Shown: positions 1-9,202 of the stretch, piece after piece
Numbering within the stretch: position 1 is the stretch's first letter
Layout of the letters: the number at the start of each line of letters is the position of its first letter
Origin: a virus
Strand: one strand, 5' to 3'
IMG/VR virus record: IMGVR_UViG_3300042914_002167
DNA length: 64,000 nt
Position numbers and translations under genes: made by a program
Notes under the pieces: model-generated
What the model saw: the letters and a program-made list of their open reading frames with translations, nothing else
What the model was told of the DNA's origin: nothing
The model's database searches: none

Positions 1-96
1 GCAGACTATCAGTATAAGTCTGCGTTCGTCACGGATCAAGAAATCAATCTCGTTGCTTTTCTGACTGAAGTCATGGCATCATGTGAGTTCAAATGA
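1..96 (+). CDS. gp44: Clamp loader large subunit, C-terminal end (partial)
   Basis: Frame 1 reads ADYQYKSAFVTDQEINLVAFLTEVMASCEFK*, a typical T4-like gp44 C-terminus; precedes gp62. Confidence 0.85.
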   Translation, partial: ADYQYKSAFVTDQEINLVAFLTEVMASCEFK

Positions 97-515
97 CACC
101 GTTTGATTTCATCAAAGCAATCTCAGAGAGCAAAGAGAATCTGTTGGTTGGAACAGACAATGACGAATTGACTGAAAAGGAGTATGAACCCTTTATCGTC
201 AATCGTGGTTTGTCTTTCTTTCCAGACACAATTCTCTATGTCAACGAGATGAATGTTCGCGCATCTCTAGGTAAAACTCCTCAATTCCTATTTCTTCTAA
301 ATAGCATTAGACCACGAAAGCGATATAGCAAGTGGCTAAAAAAAGAGAAATTGGATGATGTACAGATTGTCTCTGAATACTATGGATACAGTCTTGCCAA
401 ATCCAAGGAAGCACTCAAGGTCTTGACTGATGATCAGATCAAGATCATAAAAACAGCATTAGAAAAAGGTGGAGTGAACACCAAGGAGAAAAAGGATGCA
501 AGAAAACTATGTTGA
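93..515 (+). CDS. gp62: Clamp loader small subunit
   Basis: YEPFIVNRGLSFFPDTILYVNEMN...RPRKRYSKW; gp44-gp62-regA synteny. Confidence 0.9.
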   Translation: MTPFDFIKAISESKENLLVGTDNDELTEKEYEPFIVNRGLSFFPDTILYVNEMNVRASLGKTPQFLFLLNSIRPRKRYSKWLKKEKLDDVQIVSEYYGYSLAKSKEALKVLTDDQIKIIKTALEKGGVNTKEKKDARKLC

Positions 516-906
516 CAGTCTGCTGGAGGTGAGACTAAAAAAAGAAGACGATTTTCTAAAAGTCAGAGAGACATTGATGCGAATCGGTGTGGCGTCAAGA
601 AAAGACAAGAGACTGTATCAGTCGTGCCACATTCTTCATAAGAGGGGCAAATACTACATTGTACACTTCAAGGAGTTGTTTGCGCTAGATGGCAAACCAA
701 CAGACTTTGATGACAGTGATCTTGGGCGTAGAAACACCATCTCAAATCTTCTTTCTGAATGGGGATTGATTGAAATTGTTATTCCAGAAAGATCAAAAGA
801 ACCAGTCGCGCCACTCTCGCAGATCAAGGTTATTGCGTACAGTGAAAAGAACGATTGGGAATTAATAACAAAATATAATATCGGAAACAACAAGCGTAAA
901 GATTGA
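496..906 (+). CDS. regA: Translational repressor RegA
   Basis: DDFLKVRETLMRIGVAS...LYQSCHILHKRGKYYIVHFKELFALDG signature. Confidence 0.95.
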   Translation: MQENYVDSLLEVRLKKEDDFLKVRETLMRIGVASRKDKRLYQSCHILHKRGKYYIVHFKELFALDGKPTDFDDSDLGRRNTISNLLSEWGLIEIVIPERSKEPVAPLSQIKVIAYSEKNDWELITKYNIGNNKRKD

Positions 907-931
907 CAATCCAACGAGGATGTGTCATAAT
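903..931 (+). promoter_or_regulatory. sigma70-type promoter
   Basis: TTGACA-17-CATAAT upstream of ORF 990. Confidence 0.6.
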
Positions 932-989
932 AGAGTCTGATGCGATGTAGCATCGGTAAAATTTCTAACTGATTTGAAAGGTAATTATC

Positions 990-1220
990 ATGGCATTTGT
1001 AAATTCTAGCAAGACGCAAAACGAGCAACTCATCTCCCACCTTCGTGGCACCTGCCGCACACTTAGCGCACCTCAAGCACGAGCATTGTTCGGCGTCAAG
1101 AACCTTCGCGCCCGCATGAGCGAACTTCGTCAGATGGGCTTCCGTGTTCGCACTTCAAAGAACACTTTGGGCAACACAACCTATGCAGTTGCCCGCCGCA
1201 TGCAGTGGCAATTTAACTAA
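990..1220 (+). CDS. Small helix-turn-helix protein
   Basis: TQNEQLISHL...QARALFGVKNLRARMSELRQMG resembles phage winged-HTH proteins. Confidence 0.6.
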   Translation: MAFVNSSKTQNEQLISHLRGTCRTLSAPQARALFGVKNLRARMSELRQMGFRVRTSKNTLGNTTYAVARRMQWQFN

Positions 1221-1268
1221 AAAAATGTGCAAATACAGTCTTTATTAGGCTTGTTTGCACATAAATCT

Positions 1269-1276
1269 GTATAAAT
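1269..1276 (+). promoter_or_regulatory. T4-type late promoter
   Basis: TATAAATA upstream of the hsp20 leader. Confidence 0.7.
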
Positions 1277-1410
1277 AAGATACCCAACGGGATGGGAACG
1301 TAAAGACTCTACCACCTTAGGAGCGTCTAACGCCGATGCAACGATATGGCATCCCTGTATTCGGTAAGCAGGAACTACGCTACGCCTTCGGGGTAGCATT
1401 TTCATTTTTA

Positions 1411-1439
1411 CTCGCTTAATCAAAGGAGAAACTATCATG
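1411..1439 (+). promoter_or_regulatory. ROSE-like RNA thermometer hairpin over the hsp20 SD
   Basis: CUC-G-CUU pairs with AAGGAG leaving a bulged G (U(U/C)GCU motif). Confidence 0.6.
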
Positions 1440-1913
1440 ACAAATCTTTCCGCATTCGGTCCAGGCTTCAAAGACTTCGACAAGTATTTTGTGGGCTTTG
1501 AAGATCAATTCAATCGCCTTTCTAAGATGCACGATGATCTTACAAAGAGCATTCCTAACTACCCCCCGTACAACATCAAGAAAACTGGCGAAAACACTTA
1601 CGCTATTGAACTTGCTGTTGCTGGTTTTGGTAAGCAGGACATTGAAATTGAACTAGCTGAAGGCAAGTTGATTGTTAAGGGAACTACATCTGATAACTCA
1701 GATGAAAATTTCCTATTCAAGGGTATCGCAAATCGCGCATTCACACGCGCATTCGCCCTAGACGACCAAGTTGAAGTTCAAGACGCTGAGATGATCAACG
1801 GAATGCTTCGCATCTTCTTGGAGCGTATCATCCCTGAGCATAAGAAGCCAAAGAAGATCGCAGTCAAGGAAAAGGCTGAGAAGACATCTTCAAAGCAATT
1901 TCTAGCTGAGTGA
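1437..1913 (+). CDS. hsp20: Small heat-shock protein (Hsp20/IbpA-like)
   Basis: NYPPYNI...IELAVAGF...GIANRAFTRAF...NGMLRIFLERIIPEHKKPKKI. Confidence 0.95.
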   Translation: MTNLSAFGPGFKDFDKYFVGFEDQFNRLSKMHDDLTKSIPNYPPYNIKKTGENTYAIELAVAGFGKQDIEIELAEGKLIVKGTTSDNSDENFLFKGIANRAFTRAFALDDQVEVQDAEMINGMLRIFLERIIPEHKKPKKIAVKEKAEKTSSKQFLAE

Positions 1914-2055
1914 TATCATGTGGACTAAATTGAAGACATTCCTTCTAACTATACTTGAAGGCTTGCAAGAAGCAAGAGAGAATCAAGCTAGAAAGAGAAT
2001 CGGTCGCTAGCATACAAGGGGGCGCAAGCCCCCATTCGTTTACTGAAAGGTTATT

Positions 2056-2415
2056 ATGAACCCATTTATTGATCAACTCAACTTCATGCAAGCATGTGAT
2101 CAGAGTACAGACGCATACAACGAAGCGCAGTTTCAATTGTATCAGCGGCTAATCCACGAAGAAGTTGAAGAACTAAATACTGCTACCGATCCGGTTGAGC
2201 AATTGGACGCTCTTGTTGACATTCTTGTTGTCACTATAGGAGCAATGCATAGCCTTGGTGTAAACGCTGAAGGTGCATGGAATGAAGTCATGAAAACAAA
2301 CTTCGCAAAAGTGGATTGGGCAACTAAGAAAGTCATCAAGCGGGCTGATGGCAAAGTTCTAAAGCCTGAAGGATGGCAATCGCCACAACTGGAGAAGTTT
2401 GTTCTACCTAGATAA
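2056..2415 (+). CDS. MazG-like/PRA-PH-like nucleotide pyrophosphohydrolase
   Basis: LIHEEVEEL...DALVDILVV...EVMKTNFAK...DGKVLKPEGW. Confidence 0.8.
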   Translation: MNPFIDQLNFMQACDQSTDAYNEAQFQLYQRLIHEEVEELNTATDPVEQLDALVDILVVTIGAMHSLGVNAEGAWNEVMKTNFAKVDWATKKVIKRADGKVLKPEGWQSPQLEKFVLPR

Positions 2416-2548
2416 ATGCACACAAAAGAGCAATTGGAACATGAAAAGACTATACTAGAGTCTGCTCTTCGTATCTTTATGATACGAGATCCAGTTATTG
2501 CCGACCGTGTTCAAAAAAGAATTTTGAAAATTGAAGAGGACCTAAAGA

Positions 2549-2851
2549 ATGGCAATTATAAAGATTTTGAGGACCGTAGCGGGTGAAGAGATTATCGGTG
2601 AAGTATTGAGTGATGATGAAGATATAATTATGATCAAGAACCCTTGTTTGATTGGTCTCACGATGAGTCAGCAGGGGCAACCGTCCATCAACATGCAAAG
2701 ACTTCTTCCGTTTTCTTCTGATACTGAAGTGGGCATCTACAAAAAGAATCTATTGTTCATCGTTGGTGTTGACGCCAAGATTGAAATGAAGTACAATGAA
2801 ATCTTCGGCAACATTATCGTTGCGCAATCAAAGAAGATTATCACTGGCTAA
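2549..2851 (+). CDS. Conserved T4-like small protein (Sm-like fold) upstream of the polymerase
   Basis: IKILRTVAGEEIIGEV start; position before gp43. Confidence 0.6.
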   Translation: MAIIKILRTVAGEEIIGEVLSDDEDIIMIKNPCLIGLTMSQQGQPSINMQRLLPFSSDTEVGIYKKNLLFIVGVDAKIEMKYNEIFGNIIVAQSKKIITG

Positions 2852-5343
2852 TGAAATTCTACACAAACTTTACTAGACTCGGCAAGTTCATCGTAGAGAG
2901 AGGTTATAAAGACGGCAAGCGTTTCACGCGAAAGACGGAATATACTCCAACTCTCTACGTTCCATCTCGCGAAGTTACAGATTACACCACACTTCAAGGC
3001 GACTACGTTGCGCCTATAAAATTTGAAGGTATGCGTGAAGCAACAGACTTCACTAAGAATTATGAAGGTGTAGACAACTTTGCGATCTATGGCTCTACTA
3101 ACTTCGCATACACTTACATTGATAGTCAATATCCCGACGGTGTTGACTACGATGTGAGTCTGATTCGCACACTGAACATTGACATTGAAGTTGGCTCAGA
3201 GAATGGCTTTCCTGAGCCCGCGCAAGCGAACGAACCAATCACCGCAATCACAATCAAGACTGGTGGGCATTACTATGTTCTAGGATGTGGCGAGTACACA
3301 AACGCTAGAAAAGATGTCACATACACTCAATGCAATGATGAGAATCAACTCATCATGAAGTTCCTTGAATTGTGGGAGTCGTTTGATGCGGACATCATCA
3401 CTGGATGGAACGTGAAATTTTTCGACATGCCATATCTGCACAATCGTATTGTCAAATTGGCTGGAGAGAACACCGTCAAGCGATTGTCTCCTCTCCGCGC
3501 AATCAGTCAAAGAACAACAAAGGTCAACAATCGCGAACAGGTCGCATATGAATTTGAGGGTATCGTAATTCTGGACTACCTTGAACTATACAAGAAGTTC
3601 ACTTACTCGCAGCAAGAATCTTATCAGTTGGATCATATCGCATTCGTTGAACTTGGCGAAAGAAAGCTGGACTACTCTGAGTATGAGAATCTGCATCAGC
3701 TATACAAGCTAGATTACCAGAAGTTCATTGAATACAACATCAAAGACGTTGATCTTGTGGATCGCATTGAAGACAAGATGAAACTGATTGAGATGGTGCT
3801 AGCCCTAGCCTATGACGCTAAGGTGAATCTGAATGATGTGTTCACTCAAGTTCGGATGTGGGATACTCTGACACACAATCATCTGATGACGAAGAAGATT
3901 GTTGTTCCACAGAAGAAGAATTCTTCTAAAGATGAACAGTTTGAGGGTGCATATGTAAAAGATCCAATCATCGGTAAGCATGAGTGGGTTGCATCGTTTG
4001 ACTTGAACAGTCTGTACCCTCACCTGATCATGCAATACAACCTCAGCCCAGAGACACTTGTCGAGGGGATGCACACTAGCATCTCAGTTGATAATTTGCT
4101 GAACAGTAAATATGAAGCAAATCAGGAATATTGCATGGCTGCTAATGGGCACTACTTTCGCAAAGACAAGCAAGGCTTTCTGCCAGAGATGATGCAGACA
4201 ATGTACGATGATCGATCAAAATACAAGAAGCTGATGATTGAGTGGCAGAAGAAGAAAGAGGCAGCAAAGACTGATGAGGAGAAGTTTGAGTGTGAGAAGC
4301 GCATCTCAAAGTACAAGAATCTTCAGATGGCAAAGAAGGTGCAGTTGAATTCTGCTTATGGTGCTCTTGGCAATCAATACTTCCGTTTCTACGACATTCG
4401 TCAAGCTGAAGCAATCACACTGTCTGGGCAGTTGTCCATTCGCTGGATTGAACAAAAGATGAATGGGTATCTGAACAATCTACTCAAAACAGATGGTGTT
4501 GACTACATCATCGCATCAGATACAGATTCAATCTATGTTCACTTCGGTCCTCTTGTCAAGAAAGTGTACGGCGACTCTAGTCTTCCTAAAGAGAAGATTG
4601 TAGACTTTCTGGACAGAGTGTGTGAGCAGAAGATTCAACCGTTTATTGACAAGTCATATCAGCAGCTGGCTGACTACATGAATGCGTTTGATCAGAAGAT
4701 GCAGATGAAGCGAGAGTCTATTGCAGACACTGGCATCTGGACTGCAAAGAAGCGATACATTCTGAATGTGTGGGATAACGAAGGTGTTCGATATGCAGAG
4801 CCGAAGTTGAAGATGATGGGTATTGAATCTGTGAAGTCTTCCACTCCTAGGGTGTGTCGCGACAAGTTTGAGGCTGCATTCAAGTTGATCATGACTGGCA
4901 CAGAAGGTGAGTTTCAGCAGTTCAATGATCAGTTCCGTCAGGAGTTCAGAAAGATGAAGTTTGAAGATGTAGCCTTTCCTCGAGGCATCTCTGACCTAAC
5001 TAAATACAAGAGTTCTTCTCAGTTGTATGAGAAAGGTACACCGATTCACGTTCGTGGTGCCATCATGTACAATCATCTGTTGACCAAAAAGAATCTGACT
5101 AAGAAGTATCAGTTGATCAAAGACGGAGAGAAGATAAAGTTCTGCTACATGAAGACACCTAATCCAATGCAGGAGAATGTGCTTTCAGTTCCAAACGTTC
5201 TGCCTAAAGAATTTGATTTTGAGAAGTACATAGACTACGATCTTCAGTTTGAGAAGTCTTATCTTGAGCCACTTCAGATCATTGTTGAGAAGTTTGGTTG
5301 GTCAGCAGAGAAGAAAAGTAACCTAATGGGATTCTTTCAGTAA
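2851..5343 (+). CDS. gp43: Family B DNA polymerase
   Basis: DIEV exonuclease motif, SFDLNSLYPH, KVQLNSAYG, ASDTDS, KKRY; no intein. Confidence 0.98.
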   Translation: MKFYTNFTRLGKFIVERGYKDGKRFTRKTEYTPTLYVPSREVTDYTTLQGDYVAPIKFEGMREATDFTKNYEGVDNFAIYGSTNFAYTYIDSQYPDGVDYDVSLIRTLNIDIEVGSENGFPEPAQANEPITAITIKTGGHYYVLGCGEYTNARKDVTYTQCNDENQLIMKFLELWESFDADIITGWNVKFFDMPYLHNRIVKLAGENTVKRLSPLRAISQRTTKVNNREQVAYEFEGIVILDYLELYKKFTYSQQESYQLDHIAFVELGERKLDYSEYENLHQLYKLDYQKFIEYNIKDVDLVDRIEDKMKLIEMVLALAYDAKVNLNDVFTQVRMWDTLTHNHLMTKKIVVPQKKNSSKDEQFEGAYVKDPIIGKHEWVASFDLNSLYPHLIMQYNLSPETLVEGMHTSISVDNLLNSKYEANQEYCMAANGHYFRKDKQGFLPEMMQTMYDDRSKYKKLMIEWQKKKEAAKTDEEKFECEKRISKYKNLQMAKKVQLNSAYGALGNQYFRFYDIRQAEAITLSGQLSIRWIEQKMNGYLNNLLKTDGVDYIIASDTDSIYVHFGPLVKKVYGDSSLPKEKIVDFLDRVCEQKIQPFIDKSYQQLADYMNAFDQKMQMKRESIADTGIWTAKKRYILNVWDNEGVRYAEPKLKMMGIESVKSSTPRVCRDKFEAAFKLIMTGTEGEFQQFNDQFRQEFRKMKFEDVAFPRGISDLTKYKSSSQLYEKGTPIHVRGAIMYNHLLTKKNLTKKYQLIKDGEKIKFCYMKTPNPMQENVLSVPNVLPKEFDFEKYIDYDLQFEKSYLEPLQIIVEKFGWSAEKKSNLMGFFQ

Positions 5344-5744
5344 TGCCAATACCAACAGAGTATCTAACAATTCGTCAAGGAGAAGACTTTGGATTTAGCG
5401 CAATTGATGAATCTGAAGTAAAGCAGGTAGTAGATGAGACTACTCTAGAGACTAAAGTCATTCGCGAAGTTGTGTCATCTTCAGGTGAAGCCTTAAGTCG
5501 CCTTGAACAAAAAGTAGATACAATTCTTCAACTATACAATGAAGGTAAACTTGGGCTTGAGTCTGAGCGCATTCAACTTCAAACTCAGACAAAAGCCAAG
5601 TTAGTTGAACTTGAAAAAATGATTGTTCCTCTTCTTGTGAATCTGATGAAGAATTCAGAAAAAGAGTATATCTACTGGCCCAATCGTAGAGAAAAGATTC
5701 AAGAGCAGATTGATAAGATCATCGCCATAACAAGAGGTGCGTGA
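5343..5744 (+). CDS. Hypothetical protein (coiled coil)
   Basis: ORF coupled to gp43; DFGFSAIDE...EYIYWPNR motifs. Confidence 0.7.
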   Translation: MPIPTEYLTIRQGEDFGFSAIDESEVKQVVDETTLETKVIREVVSSSGEALSRLEQKVDTILQLYNEGKLGLESERIQLQTQTKAKLVELEKMIVPLLVNLMKNSEKEYIYWPNRREKIQEQIDKIIAITRGA

Positions 5745-6606
5745 CATGCCATTTGTAATTCTTCTTTTCGGCACTGCATTACTACTCTCTAGTGTTTCTG
5801 CATTCTATTCTGTAGTGGGATTGATTGCTATCTTCGCCGCATCACCAGTATCAATTGCAATCATGGGTGGTGCACTAGAAGTCACTAAATTGGTTACTGC
5901 ATCGTGGTTGTATAGAAACTGGAAGAATGCACCCAAAATTCTGAAATACTACTTCACTGTAGCAGTGATTATTCTCATGATGATCACTTCGCTCGGCATC
6001 TTCGGATACTTGTCAAAAGCACATAGCGAACAGGGTGCAATCACGGGTGATGTTGTGGCTAAAGTTGAAATCATTGATGAGAAGATAAAACTCTCTAAGG
6101 AGAACATTGATGCGAATCGCAAGAATCTCAAACAGCTGGATGAGGCTGTGGATCAAGTTATGGCAAGAAGCACAACGGAACAAGGTGCCTCGAATGCAGT
6201 ACAGATCCGCCGTAGTCAGACAAAAGAGCGCACTAGACTCATTCAAGAGATTGAAGCCGAACAGAAGACGATTGCTAGTCTTGCTGAAGAAAGGGCTCCA
6301 ATAGCCGCGACGATTCGGAAAATTGAGGCTGAAGTTGGTCCTATTAAGTACATCGCATCATTCATCTATGGAGATACAAGCACTGAACTCTTAGAGAAGT
6401 CTGTTGTATGGATGATCATCATCATCGTGTTTGTTTTTGATCCGATGGCAGTTCTGCTACTAATCGCAGCCAACTATTCTCTTCAAAAATTGTCGGATGG
6501 CACTCCTATGAGAATTGATCTGACGACAGTTGACCCCATCGCACTAAACAAAGATGAAATAGTAAACGCAACAAAACTATATCACAAAGATCACGACAGC
6601 ATGTAA
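5737..6606 (+). CDS. Membrane protein with central coiled coil
   Basis: Three N-terminal and one C-terminal hydrophobic segments; GIFGYLSKAH, FVFDPMAV. Confidence 0.7.
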   Translation: MRDMPFVILLFGTALLLSSVSAFYSVVGLIAIFAASPVSIAIMGGALEVTKLVTASWLYRNWKNAPKILKYYFTVAVIILMMITSLGIFGYLSKAHSEQGAITGDVVAKVEIIDEKIKLSKENIDANRKNLKQLDEAVDQVMARSTTEQGASNAVQIRRSQTKERTRLIQEIEAEQKTIASLAEERAPIAATIRKIEAEVGPIKYIASFIYGDTSTELLEKSVVWMIIIIVFVFDPMAVLLLIAANYSLQKLSDGTPMRIDLTTVDPIALNKDEIVNATKLYHKDHDSM

Positions 6607-6667
6607 TAATTGACTTTGAGTTTGGTATGGTGTATAATCAGTGATCATAAATTATGGAGTTTATTCT

Positions 6668-7588
6668 ATGAGCAATTTCTTTTCTAATCTAGTGGAACAG
6701 TTGAAAGATGAAGACACTAAAATTCTTGCAGATGGCGGAGCATCCGCTGAGTTTAGCGGTTGTATCGATACTGGGTCGTATGCTCTTAATGCTTTGCTTA
6801 GTGGCAGCATCTACGGTGGTGTACCCAATAACAAAGTAACAGCATTCGCTGGCGAGTCTGCAACAGGCAAGACATTCTTTGTCTTAGGTGTTGTCAAGCA
6901 ATTCTTGGACGACAATCCTAAAGGCGGTGTGATCTACTTTGACACTGAGGCTGCTGTCACTAAGCAGATGATGGAGTCTAAGGGTATTGATCCTAAGCGA
7001 GTTGTCATCTCTGAGCCAGACACAATTCAAAAGTTCAGGCACACTGCACTGAAGATCATTGACACATACACAGCCCAGAAAGAATCTGATCGTCAACCAA
7101 TGATGATGGTGCTTGACTCTATGGGTCAGTTGTCTTCAACGAAAGAGATGGAAGATACTTCAGAAGGCAAAGAGACTAAGGACATGACCAAGTCTCAGAT
7201 TCTGAAGGCTACGTTCCGTGTTCTGAATCTGAAGCTAGCCAAGATCGGCGTTCCCCTTCTTGTCACTAATCACGTTTACGATGTTGTTGGTGCATACATT
7301 CCAACTAAGGAAATGTCTGGCGGCTGTCTAGTTGCAGGAACGAAGATTATTACAAAATATGGCTTGAGAAACATTGAAAACGTTTCAATCGACGATGAAG
7401 TTATGACAAAGGAAGGCGTTTGGAGACAAGTTCTCGATACCCATTTCTTCAACGACAAAGACATTCTTGAAATTGAGTTTGAAGATGGCACTAAAGTGAA
7501 ATGCACTAAAGAGCATAAGTTCCTTGTCAATGGCGTGTGGATCGAAGCAAAGGACCTCATGACTAACGACTCGGTGGATATGGTCTAA
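6668..7588 (+). CDS. uvsX: UvsX recombinase N-extein fused to split-intein N-fragment (IntN 7325-7585, 87 aa)
   Basis: Walker A GESATGKT, FDTE, VLDS; then KEMSGG|CLVAGTKI (intein block A) ... KCTKEHKF (block B TxxH); stop codon. Confidence 0.93.
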   Translation: MSNFFSNLVEQLKDEDTKILADGGASAEFSGCIDTGSYALNALLSGSIYGGVPNNKVTAFAGESATGKTFFVLGVVKQFLDDNPKGGVIYFDTEAAVTKQMMESKGIDPKRVVISEPDTIQKFRHTALKIIDTYTAQKESDRQPMMMVLDSMGQLSSTKEMEDTSEGKETKDMTKSQILKATFRVLNLKLAKIGVPLLVTNHVYDVVGAYIPTKEMSGGCLVAGTKIITKYGLRNIENVSIDDEVMTKEGVWRQVLDTHFFNDKDILEIEFEDGTKVKCTKEHKFLVNGVWIEAKDLMTNDSVDMV

Positions 7589-7599
7589 AGTATAAAAAC

Positions 7600-7644
7600 T
7601 ATAAATAAACATGTAGCAACACCGAAAAGGAACTGCATGTTTAT
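7600..7644 (+). promoter_or_regulatory. Late promoter overlapping a 12-bp hairpin that sequesters the HNH start codon
   Basis: TATAAATA 7600-7607; ATAAACATGTAG (7605-7616) pairs with CTGCATGTTTAT (7633-7644). Confidence 0.7.
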
Positions 7645-8365
7645 AGATAACAAATACACCAAATGGTACATGTCAATTATAGAATCTGCCAAAACTAGAG
7701 AACGTTCGGACGAAGAATACTATGAGCGACATCATATTGTGCCAAAATCTTTGGGTGGTCGCAATAACAAAGAAAATCTTGTCAGCCTTACTGCCAGAGA
7801 ACACTTTATATGTCACATGCTTCTAGTCAAAATGGTAGAGATCGCATCGTATAAGAGAAGCATGTCGTATGCGCTAATAACAATGAGCGCGTCTAATGGC
7901 GGCGCGAGGCGGCGTAAGATTTCTGCGAGAGAATTTGAGTTGGCTAAAAAAATTGCCAAGCATCACATATCAGGCGTAAACAATGGATTTTACGGAAAGG
8001 GTAAATTGATTGCAGGAGACAAAAATCCAATGTACGGAAAACCATGCTACTATAACATGACAGAAAAAGAGAAACAGTCTTGGAAGAATGCAATATCAAA
8101 AGGCATTACTGGTGCAAAAAACCCATTCTACGGAAAAACTCACACAGAAACCACGAAAGCAAAACTTTCGAAGCACAGATCAATACCGATTAGAGTCACA
8201 TTTGATAACGGTAGCGTATTGGAGTTTGAGCAGTATAAGCACCTAGGAACGCACCTAGGGAAAAGCGGAGAGTTGGGCGCAAAGCTATGTAAAGATGAAA
8301 ATAAGCACCTATTGAGTAAGTACGGAATCGTTTCGATCATCAAAATAAAAGGAACAACATCATGA
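7637..8365 (+). mobile_element. Free-standing HNH homing endonuclease with NUMOD3-like repeats
   Basis: ERHHIVPKSLGGRNNKENLVSLTAREHFICHMLL; NPMYGK and NPFYGKTHTETTKAKLS. Confidence 0.9.
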
Positions 8366-8880
8366 AAACTATGAAGATCAAATCTATCACGAATGCAGGT
8401 AAATCTGAAGTGTACGATATCAGCGTCGATGAGTATGAGAACTACATTCTTGAAAACGGCGTCATCACACACAACTCCGGTCTCAAGTACACCGCATCTA
8501 CCATTGTATATCTCAGCAAGAAGAAGGACAAAGACGGCACTGAAGTTGTTGGCAACATCATCAAGGCTAAACTCCAGAAGAGCCGATTCACCAAAGAGAA
8601 TGCTTCAGTTGAGATTCGTCTGACGTACAGCACTGGCTTGGATCGCTACTACGGTTTGCTTGAGATCGCAGAGAAGTATGAGATCATCAAGAAAGTCTCC
8701 ACACGATATGAATTGCCCGATGGCAGTAAGGTCTTCGGCAAGAACATCAACGAAGAGCCTGAGAAGTATTTCACTAAGGAAGTGCTAGACAAGATTGATG
8801 CAGCATGCAAGAAAGAGTTCTTGTATGGGCAAGGTGAAGCAAGTTCTACAAATGAGGAGACTGAAAATGGAGATGAATGA
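8362..8880 (+). CDS. uvsX: Split-intein C-fragment (8362-8475, 38 aa) fused to UvsX C-extein
   Basis: MKIKSI...VYDISVD...NGVITHN|S (blocks F/G), then [17 protein letters not shown]...KSRFTKEN. Confidence 0.93.
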   Translation: MKTMKIKSITNAGKSEVYDISVDEYENYILENGVITHNSGLKYTASTIVYLSKKKDKDGTEVVGNIIKAKLQKSRFTKENASVEIRLTYSTGLDRYYGLLEIAEKYEIIKKVSTRYELPDGSKVFGKNINEEPEKYFTKEVLDKIDAACKKEFLYGQGEASSTNEETENGDE

Positions 8881-9202
8881 AGACTACGAAATTACTGACT
8901 CAAAATTTACATACAAAGAAGAAAACGATTTATTTGGAGTCAGATTGTTGTCGGGTGAGTTTGCTGGTATTGAATACACATACGGCACAATCAACATGGG
9001 TGACGAGGAGAATCCAGATGGAACATATTCAATCTCTTTTGATTACACAGTGCGAGAAGGTAAAGTTGATGACGAAAACAAAGAAAAATTTGAAAGTGTT
9101 GTAGGTAATGTGCTAAACTCAGTTCTTCTACACAGTCTTGAAGCAGCACAGGAAAGACACAACAATGAAAATAGAAACACAGATTCTCAAGCATCTGATT
9201 GA
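8867..9202 (+). CDS. Probable head vertex assembly chaperone (gp40-like)
   Basis: Acidic ORF between uvsX and gp41, the T4 position of gene 40. Confidence 0.55.
   Translation: MEMNEDYEITDSKFTYKEENDLFGVRLLSGEFAGIEYTYGTINMGDEENPDGTYSISFDYTVREGKVDDENKEKFESVVGNVLNSVLLHSLEAAQERHNNENRNTDSQASD

Noticed and set aside
6668-8880. uvsX as an HNH-disrupted pseudogene or group I intron
   Set aside because: Both halves carry complete complementary intein motifs, and there is no non-coding room for a ribozyme core
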